Assembly (NCBI GenBank): GCA_964388445.1
Contig: CAYMAI010000004.1
Span: 80,127 to 144,126, forward strand
Source of the DNA: an uncultured Planctomycetia bacterium
GTDB lineage: Bacteria > 4484-113 > JAGGVC01
Length of the DNA stretch: 64,000 nucleotides
Direction: 5' to 3'
Every line of letters starts with the position of its first letter. The first letter of the stretch is position 1. Of this stretch, positions 57,515 through 64,000 are shown piece by piece. Under the pieces are notes generated by a model. The model was not told where the DNA came from and did no database searches. It saw only the letters and a list, made by a program, of their open reading frames with translations. The translations under genes were made by a program, and so were the position numbers.

Positions 57515-58699
57515 CTAGTCCCTGTATCTCGGCGGCACGGTTTTGGGATCTATTTTGGTTTCGTCGCCGAATTTGCGGCCGGTGCGCCTAGCCGTCCACC
57601 AGTAGCCGCCTTCGATCGCGGCCGGCAGCGCGTCGCCGGCGCGAGCCGCGATGTATTGCGCACGGCGAAGCTCGAGCGATTCGAGCTTAATCAAATATTC
57701 CTCCGCTGCGAGCGACGAGGGCGTGGCGGCTTCGGCAAGCCCGCCGTCTTGGGCATAGAGATAATCCGCCATCTGGCGCAGCATTTCGCCGTACATAAAC
57801 GCGACGAGTTCGTGGCGGCGGGCGTTCGGCAAGCGGTTTTTACGGTCGGTTTCCGGGTCGCTGCCGCTGAAAATCAAATTTATCCAATCGGTCTTGACTT
57901 CGCCCGTACGCGTGAGCGCGGACGCCCACCGGTGCGCAAGAGCGCTTTTGAACCACGACGCCGCGCTTTCGGGCGTATGCTTTTCGGCGGATACAATAAT
58001 TTCGACTTCGAGCGGGATATCCATCGCGATTCCGCCGGAGCGGGTTTTCGCGACCAGCGAGCCGGTCATCGAAACTTCGCCGGGCGCGGCGGACGGGCCG
58101 ATGAGGAACAGCGCGGACGCCGTGACGAATTCCTTGCCGCCGGATTTCACGAGCGTCATATCGGCAAGCTCGGCGGAGACGCCGGGGACGGGCGGGCGAA
58201 GGACGAGAGACATCGACGCGGTTTCGGCGGGGAATTCCTTGGCGAAGTGCGCGTATATCAACCTGCCTTGCGGGACGGGGGTTTCCGTGCGCACGAGAAG
58301 CGCGCCGGTTTCGGAATCGGTTTCGCGCACGGCGATCGACAAAAACGAGCGAGTGGCGCCGGGCTTTTCGCCGGGGGTTTCGATGTTCGGCGTGTCAGAG
58401 AGCTTGACGAGTTCCTCGACGGATTTGTCGAGAACGCGAGTCCAGCGGGGGAGCGGCGCGAGCTCGAGAATTTGAATGAAGGCGTTCACGTCCTTCGCGG
58501 CGCGTGCGCCCTCGAACCGGGCGTCCCAGTCCACGCTCTCCGGGTCGCTCAGCGCGGACGCGGCGGGCGCGGGGCCTTGCGCGAACGCGGGCGCGGGAAT
58601 CGCCGCAACGAGCGCAAGCGCGAAAATCGCGGCGGAAATCAGGGCGCCGGCCGGCAGCGAAATCGCGGCGGAAATCGAAAGCGAAAATGAAGGTTTCAT
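57515..58699 (-). CDS. hypothetical secreted protein
   Basis: Hydrophobic N-terminus. No family call. Confidence 0.4.
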   Translation of the reverse strand: MKPSFSLSISAAISLPAGALISAAIFALALVAAIPAPAFAQGPAPAASALSDPESVDWDARFEGARAAKDVNAFIQILELAPLPRWTRVLDKSVEELVKLSDTPNIETPGEKPGATRSFLSIAVRETDSETGALLVRTETPVPQGRLIYAHFAKEFPAETASMSLVLRPPVPGVSAELADMTLVKSGGKEFVTASALFLIGPSAAPGEVSMTGSLVAKTRSGGIAMDIPLEVEIIVSAEKHTPESAASWFKSALAHRWASALTRTGEVKTDWINLIFSGSDPETDRKNRLPNARRHELVAFMYGEMLRQMADYLYAQDGGLAEAATPSSLAAEEYLIKLESLELRRAQYIAARAGDALPAAIEGGYWWTARRTGRKFGDETKIDPKTVPPRYRD

Positions 58700-58785
58700 A
58701 CCGGCATAATTATAGCCGCTATGGGATTAAGATAGGGTTAAGACGGAGGGCGGGGATTGATAAAACCCAAACCCGGACAATGAAT

Positions 58786-59030
58786 TATAACCGCTTTCCG
58801 CACGTAGCGCAGGCATCCTGCCTGCATGTGCAAATTGCCGACCGAATTCGACGGCGCGCTATTACGTGCTTAGCATAATGCAGCCTGGAAGGCTGCGCTA
58901 CGATTATAGCTTCAATTCGCGCGCAGCGCAGGCATCCTGCCTGCATGTGCAAATTGCCGACCGAATTCGACGGCGCATTTTTGCATATTTGACATAATGC
59001 GGCCTAGAAGTCCGCGCAAGGAATAGCGTT
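58786..59030. repeat. tandem ~119-bp REP/BIME-like repeats (left flank of RAYT)
   Basis: Unit contains hairpins GCAGCCTGGAAGGCTGC and GCAGGCATCCTGCCTGC. About two copies here. Confidence 0.7.
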
Positions 59031-59592
59031 ACTCTCGTTTCCACACCCAAGGCCATTTAGTCAAGCCAGCTTTAGCAGGGTTGTCCATGACGTAAGCAAT
59101 TGTTTTGTAAAACTCGTCTTCGTCGCGGATAATCCGGTCAAAGGTTTCCTTCTGCCAAAATGCTCCGGCTAATCCAAGTTCCGCATTGGCCTGATTCGCG
59201 GAATATGACTTCCACGAATGAAGTATCTTGGCCAGCGTGTGTGGTGGAAGCGGTCTAAAAACTGTATGAACGTGGTTTGGCATTATGCAATAAGCATAAA
59301 GATCGTATCTTTCATCTTTAAAATACAGCAGGGCTGTTTTTACGATTTTTGCGATTTCAGGATTGGACAAATGAGGGGTTCCGAAGCCGGAATCCAAAAG
59401 CCGGTCTATTTTCATAATTTCTTCAAATTCAATTTCCGATTCACAACCCCGGACGTTTTTCATTTCAGTCCGAAGCTGCTCCAAGGCTTCTTTGGGCAGC
59501 GAACCCGCCAGCCGGAATGTGACAAAGTAAGTGGCGCCGTCCAATTCCCAATGCGGCAGATAACCTCTACTTCGTTTTTTAATGATTGCCAT
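59029..59592 (-). CDS. REP-associated tyrosine transposase (RAYT, IS200/IS605-like Y1 transposase)
   Basis: Motifs GYLPHWE, YFVTFR and CIMPNHVHTVF (HuH and Y1). Flanked on both sides by REP hairpin repeats. Confidence 0.8.
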   Translation of the reverse strand: MAIIKKRSRGYLPHWELDGATYFVTFRLAGSLPKEALEQLRTEMKNVRGCESEIEFEEIMKIDRLLDSGFGTPHLSNPEIAKIVKTALLYFKDERYDLYAYCIMPNHVHTVFRPLPPHTLAKILHSWKSYSANQANAELGLAGAFWQKETFDRIIRDEDEFYKTIAYVMDNPAKAGLTKWPWVWKRE

Positions 59593-59762
59593 TTTGCGCT
59601 TGATGCAGCCTGGAAGGCTGCGCTACGATTATAGCTTCAATTCGCACGCAGCGCAGGCATCCTGCCTGCATGTGTAAATTGCCTACCGAATTCGGCGGCG
59701 CGCTATTACGTGCTTAGCATTATGCAGCCTGGAAGGCTGCGCTACGATTTCGGCTATAATCC
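59593..59762. repeat. tandem ~119-bp REP/BIME-like repeats (right flank of RAYT)
   Basis: The same unit as at 58786-59030, about 1.4 copies. Confidence 0.7.
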
Positions 59763-59804
59763 CCTTCGCTCTTAATCGGGCGGTTTTATTTTTGCGGTGA
59801 GAGT

Positions 59805-61349
59805 ATGGCGTACGTTGACGGCGTGATGGACAAGCTTGCGAGCCTGTGCAAGCGGCGCGGGTTCATCTTTCAATCGAGCGAGATTTACGGCGGGTTCGGC
59901 GGGTTCTGGAACTACGGCCCGCTCGGCTGCGAGCTGATGGCGAACGTGCGCGCATTTTGGTGGCGGCGGATGGTGCGCGAGCGCCGGGACGTCGCCGGCC
60001 TCGATTCGAGCATAATCAGCAACCCCGAAGTGTGGGTCGCGAGCGGCCACGTGGGCCATTTCAACGACATTCTCGTGGACGACAAGAATACGAAAGAACG
60101 GTTTCGAATCGACCAGCTCAAGTATAAGAACGACGAAGACGCGAAGAAAGCGGAAGAGCTGGCGAAGGAATTCGATGGTGAAAAAGGAATTTCGTATTGG
60201 GACGCTTTGAAAGAAGTTATCGGGTATTTTCCGCTTAATCCCAATACCGGAAAGGAGTCGAGGTTCACCGAGCCGTCGCAGTTCAACTTGATGCTGCAGA
60301 CGAACATCGGCGCGAAATCCGACAAGTCGAGCGTCGCGTACCTGCGCGCCGAAACTTGCCAGCCGATTTTCGTGGACTTCGAGCAAATTCGCATAAGCTC
60401 GCGCCAGAAGCCGCCGTTCGGCGTGGCGCAAGTGGGCAAAGCGTTCAGAAACGAAATAAATCCGCGCAACTTCACTTTCAGAAGCCGCGAGTTCAGCCAG
60501 ATGGAAATGGAGTTTTTCGTGCCGCCGGACGAAGTGGTCGAAAAGGCGCGCATCGAAGGCGACCGGACCGAAATGGAATGGTTCGAGTATTGGAAGGAAG
60601 AGCGGCGCAAATATTACGAGGCGCTGGGGCTTTGGGACGGCGTGCGGATGCGGCTGCGCGACCATGCGGCGGGCGAGCTTGCGCATTACGCAAAGGCGGC
60701 GTGCGACTTCGAGTTCGAGTTTCCGTTCGGGTGGGCGGAATTGGAGGGCGTGCATCATCGCGGCGACTTCGACCTGCGCCAGCATCAGGCGCACAGCAAA
60801 AAAAGCCTCGAATATCACGACCCGGACAGGGGCGGCGCGAAATATCTGCCGGCTTGCATCGAAACGTCGGTTGGGCTCGACCGCACGGTGCTGGCGCTTC
60901 TTTGCGCGGCGTACGGCGAGGACTTGCAGGCCACGAAGAAGGAAGGCGCGGACGAGGACGTGCGCGTGGTTTTAAGGTTGCCGCATTTTATCGCGCCGGT
61001 GCAGGTGGCGGTTTTGCCGCTGTCGAAAAAACTGAACGATTATGCCGACAAGCTTGAGCGCGATTTGTCGGGACATTTCGCGACAGAGTTCGACGTGACC
61101 GGAAGCATCGGGAAAAGGTATCGCCGGCAGGACGAAATCGGCACGCCGTTTTGCGTGACGGTGGATTTCGAGACGCTCGAAGGCGCGCGGGAAGTCGGCG
61201 AGAGCGCGGGCGCGGCGGTGCCCGTCGAAGGCGGACTTGCGGACATCAAAGACACGGTGACGGTGCGCGAGCGCGACACGCTTGCGCAAGTGCGGGTGCA
61301 CGTGGACCGGCTGGCGGAGTGGATTAGGGATAGGTTATCGAAGGAATGA
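59805..61349 (+). CDS. glyQS: glycine--tRNA ligase (alpha2 dimeric type)
   Basis: Class II aaRS motifs. FQSSEIYGG...WNYGPLG N-terminus is typical of GlyQS. Confidence 0.9.
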   Translation: MAYVDGVMDKLASLCKRRGFIFQSSEIYGGFGGFWNYGPLGCELMANVRAFWWRRMVRERRDVAGLDSSIISNPEVWVASGHVGHFNDILVDDKNTKERFRIDQLKYKNDEDAKKAEELAKEFDGEKGISYWDALKEVIGYFPLNPNTGKESRFTEPSQFNLMLQTNIGAKSDKSSVAYLRAETCQPIFVDFEQIRISSRQKPPFGVAQVGKAFRNEINPRNFTFRSREFSQMEMEFFVPPDEVVEKARIEGDRTEMEWFEYWKEERRKYYEALGLWDGVRMRLRDHAAGELAHYAKAACDFEFEFPFGWAELEGVHHRGDFDLRQHQAHSKKSLEYHDPDRGGAKYLPACIETSVGLDRTVLALLCAAYGEDLQATKKEGADEDVRVVLRLPHFIAPVQVAVLPLSKKLNDYADKLERDLSGHFATEFDVTGSIGKRYRRQDEIGTPFCVTVDFETLEGAREVGESAGAAVPVEGGLADIKDTVTVRERDTLAQVRVHVDRLAEWIRDRLSKE

Positions 61350-61383
61350 AAAGCCGCAAGGTATAATGTAGGCGGTGATTGAA

Positions 61384-61764
61384 ATGGCATCGGTTGTAAA
61401 AACGGAATCTGCGAAAAAAAGGCCGCCGGCGAAATCCGGCGGGAGCAAAAAGGTGCAAGGCGCAATCTCGAAAAAAATCGCATCCGAAAAGAAGCGCAGT
61501 CCGGGACGGGATCTGGACGCAAAACTCCTCGAACTCGAAACGAGAATCGAAAAGCTGGAGAAGGCAATCGCAAGATATTCTTTCGCAGTTTTGGGTCAAA
61601 ACGTCGTTTGCATGGATGGCGAAGAGCCGCTATTCGTACTACCAAAGGCGACGCGCGACGACGTGGCGTTTCTTTTCGTAATGGAACAGGAGGAAACGAA
61701 GGAAGCTCTCTTGGAAGTTCGGGAATGGAGGAAGCAGCGAAGCGATGCCGGTAATCGTGACTAA
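61384..61764 (+). CDS. hypothetical protein, candidate antitoxin of an overlapping TA pair
   Basis: Lys-rich N-terminus and coiled-coil. Its 3' end overlaps the downstream RelE/ParE-like ORF by 20 nt. TATAAT box 18 nt upstream. Confidence 0.35.
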   Translation: MASVVKTESAKKRPPAKSGGSKKVQGAISKKIASEKKRSPGRDLDAKLLELETRIEKLEKAIARYSFAVLGQNVVCMDGEEPLFVLPKATRDDVAFLFVMEQEETKEALLEVREWRKQRSDAGNRD

Positions 61765-62092
61765 GCGTGCGCAAAAGGACTGCAAAGGCCAATCCAAGAA
61801 TAAGAAATTAAGAGAAAAGCTCGCTGATAGTCTTGAGCGTTTTAAGGGGGCCGCACCGGTAACAACGTCGCCCGAGTTTGAGGCAAAAGGATTTTGTACG
61901 ATTCCGGAATTCAGGCATGAGCGCCTTTGGACGTTTTGCCCGCTGGGCAAGGGAAAACCCGAAAGAGTCGTGTTTGTTTGGAATGAACACGAGAGCGAGC
62001 AATTCGTACTTAGAATTTTTTCGAAGCACGATTATTACGACAGATTTCTAGATAACAATTCGAGAAGAGACCTTCCGCCGAAGCAGAGATAG
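61745..62092 (+). CDS. RelE/ParE-superfamily toxin-like protein
   Basis: 115 aa. C-terminal ERVVFVWNEHESEQFVLRIFSKHDYYD resembles the RelE/ParE core (VVYVLRIGHRKDIY-like). Confidence 0.45.
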   Translation: MPVIVTKRAQKDCKGQSKNKKLREKLADSLERFKGAAPVTTSPEFEAKGFCTIPEFRHERLWTFCPLGKGKPERVVFVWNEHESEQFVLRIFSKHDYYDRFLDNNSRRDLPPKQR

Positions 62093-62142
62093 CCGATGCC
62101 GAAAAGACCGGCTAAATCTTATTCGTTTTCGTTTGACAAAAA

Positions 62143-62676
62143 TTATTCCGATTCGATGTCCGCTTCCCAGTCCTCTCCGCCGTCCCCCTCCTCCTCATCC
62201 TCTTCCACCTTTTCGTAAAGCTCGGATGCGCGGTCGTTGATTAAGATGCCGTCCAGGTGGTCGTTTTCGTGCAGCACGACGCGCGCCGAAAAGCCCTCGA
62301 ATTCTTCTTCGAGCTGCTCGAAGTTTTCGTTTTGAAACCTAAGCTTCACCCGAAGCGGGCGCTCGACCATCCCCCAAAGCCCCGGAAACGAGAGGCAGCC
62401 TTCCTCGCCGAGGTCGAAACCTTCGGTTTCCAAAATAACCGGGTTTATGAAAACGCGGTCGCCGAATTCGCCGTCTTCGTTTTCGATTTTCGCGACGAAG
62501 AGCCGGATGGACTTGCCGATTTGCGGCGCGGCAAGCCCGACGCCGGGCGCGTCGTCCATCGTCTCTATCATGTCGCCGATTAGCTCCGGCAGATTTTCCA
62601 CGTCGCCGGGCTTAAGTTTCCTTGCGGGTTTTTTAAGCACCGGGTCGGGATATTCTCTGATTTCAAGCACGCTCAT
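62143..62676 (-). CDS. def: peptide deformylase
   Basis: Motifs GVGLAAPQIG, EGCLSFPG and HENDHLDG. Acidic C-terminal extension. Confidence 0.85.
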   Translation of the reverse strand: MSVLEIREYPDPVLKKPARKLKPGDVENLPELIGDMIETMDDAPGVGLAAPQIGKSIRLFVAKIENEDGEFGDRVFINPVILETEGFDLGEEGCLSFPGLWGMVERPLRVKLRFQNENFEQLEEEFEGFSARVVLHENDHLDGILINDRASELYEKVEEDEEEGDGGEDWEADIESE

Positions 62677-62794
62677 AACCTCTCACGTCCTTCGGGGGCG
62701 GAAATACTATACCCTTGCGCCGGCGAAATTCGGCTATTTCATGCCCCCGGCGTGCTAATATGAACGTCCCGGCGAGGCGCAATGCCCACCGGTT

Positions 62795-63475
62795 TTGTTT
62801 ATTATGGGTCTAATCGAAAATATTCTCGAACCCGTTGCCGAGTGGATTAAAAACTACATCGGCGAAGCGGGCTATATCGCCGTCGTAGTGACGATGGCAA
62901 TCGAAAGCGCGAACGTGCCGCTCCCGTCCGAGATAATCATGCCGGCGGCGGGCTACCTGGTTTACGAAGGGCGCTTTACGATGTGGGGGGCGACGCTTGC
63001 GGGCTCGCTCGGGAACTTAATCGGCAGCATCGCGAACTACGCGCTCGGATATTACGGCGGGCGGCCGTTCCTTGAAAAATACGGCAAGTATTTTTTCATC
63101 AAAAAACACGAGCTGGACGTTGCCGACAGGTTTTTCGAAAAATACGGGCAGGCGACGGTTTTTTTCACTCGCAACCTGCCAATCATTCGAACGTTTATAT
63201 CGCTTCCAGCGGGCATCAGCCGGATGAATTTTCTGTGGTTTTGCATCTTGACGTTTCTCGGCGCGATTCCATGGTGCTATTTCCTCACGTGGGCGGGACT
63301 GAAGTTCGGCGAAAACATGGAGGAGTTCAAGAAATACTGGCACATTTTCGACTATGCGGTCGTTATCGGAATTATGGCGCTTATTGTTTATTGGTGGTTC
63401 AAAATTCGTAAAACGAATGCAAAAAACCGGCGTGAAAGCGCAAGCGGCAAGCCGGCTGATACAATCGAACCGTGA
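62795..63475 (+). CDS. DedA/VTT-domain family membrane protein
   Basis: Multi-TM protein. DedA family pattern (GYIAVVVTMAIES...LPSEIIM; FFTRNLPIIRTF). Confidence 0.7.
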   Translation: MFIMGLIENILEPVAEWIKNYIGEAGYIAVVVTMAIESANVPLPSEIIMPAAGYLVYEGRFTMWGATLAGSLGNLIGSIANYALGYYGGRPFLEKYGKYFFIKKHELDVADRFFEKYGQATVFFTRNLPIIRTFISLPAGISRMNFLWFCILTFLGAIPWCYFLTWAGLKFGENMEEFKKYWHIFDYAVVIGIMALIVYWWFKIRKTNAKNRRESASGKPADTIEP

Positions 63476-64000
63476 CGGACGAACTAGAAAAAAGCGGCGC
63501 CGCAGAAGAAATCGAACCGGTATTTTCCGAAAGCGTTTCGGTGATACCGGAATTCAGGATTCCCGAAATTAAAAATCCTCATCCCGATCTCAAACCGGCC
63601 ACGTGGATTTCGCTTGCGGCGGCGGTAATTATCGGCTCGGCAGTTTATTACGGGTTTATTACGAATATGCTGACCGAAAAGGCGGAAAGCCCGGTCGCGG
63701 TAAACGGCGTAACGATTCCGGCGTCGCTTGCGGGATATCCGCTGGAATTTGGAAGCGACAGGCGGCACGACGCGCACCGCAAACTTGCCGCGTCTCCGCC
63801 GGAGAAAGGAACACTGAAGGGAGTGATTTACGGCAGTCCGGCGGCGGGAAAAGGCGTTATTCTATTTACAACGGGCGAAACCGAGGGAGAATCGATTGAG
63901 GAATATTCATTTCGAATACTAACTTTAATCGGCGCTACCGGAATCAAAGCGCATGGCGAAACTGAAGGAAAAATGATTTTCGCCGCGAATCGAGAAGGCG
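63472..64000 (+). CDS. hypothetical membrane-anchored protein (partial, runs off window end)
   Basis: GTG start overlapping the DedA stop (GTGA). Open frame of 176 codons to the window edge. One TM helix (WISLAAAVIIGSAVYYGFI). Not in the ORF track because it is incomplete. Confidence 0.3.
   Translation, partial: MTDELEKSGAAEEIEPVFSESVSVIPEFRIPEIKNPHPDLKPATWISLAAAVIIGSAVYYGFITNMLTEKAESPVAVNGVTIPASLAGYPLEFGSDRRHDAHRKLAASPPEKGTLKGVIYGSPAAGKGVILFTTGETEGESIEEYSFRILTLIGATGIKAHGETEGKMIFAANREG

Larger units (their letters stand above)
58786..59762 (-). mobile_element. REPtron: RAYT gene embedded in its cognate REP array
   Basis: Y1 transposase plus flanking palindromic repeats. Confidence 0.65.

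Noticed and set aside
1-64000. CRISPR arrays, rRNA or tRNA genes
   Set aside because: No regularly spaced short direct repeats and no rRNA- or tRNA-like conserved segments were seen. The only tandem repeats are the ~119-bp REP units.

Overview
This is a high-GC (~62%) bacterial chromosomal window, MAG-like, with no rRNA, tRNA or CRISPR array found. About 45 genes are supported. Housekeeping genes include nfu, folC, holB, pckA, a class I aminotransferase, trxB, queD, glyQS, def, a DedA-family protein and a DegT-family aminotransferase. There is a CzcCBA heavy-metal RND efflux operon followed by a P-II-like gene, and two tandem HD-GYP phosphodiesterase paralogs. A large surface-protein cluster on the minus strand encodes an S8 subtilase, an M6 (InhA-like) metalloprotease and IPT/TIG lipoproteins; one of these ends in a classical dockerin. 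Three paralogous lipoproteins elsewhere carry duplicated dockerin-like Ca-loop repeats. A small lipoprotein with a cohesin-like domain is translationally coupled to the M6 protease gene.

The most notable calls are as follows. (1) One dockerin-lipoprotein paralog has an in-frame TGA exactly where its sister copy has the first Cys of a thioredoxin-fold WCGPC motif. A 17-nt hairpin begins 11 nt after the TGA (bSECIS-like), so this is probably a UxxC selenoprotein. (2) A 985-aa protein fuses an N-terminal SIR2 domain to TPR repeats and sits in a lower-GC insertion, making it a DSR-like antiphage candidate. (3) A REP-associated tyrosine transposase (RAYT) is flanked by ~119-bp tandem hairpin repeats, with related REP units upstream of trxB. 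(4) There are several AT-rich islets. One carries a possible HEPN-motif protein; another holds a lipoprotein gene behind a T15 promoter tract, inserted between two duplicated paralogs. (5) A RelE/ParE-like toxin-antitoxin pair lies downstream of glyQS. Long antisense ORFs in the track are treated as artefacts of high GC.
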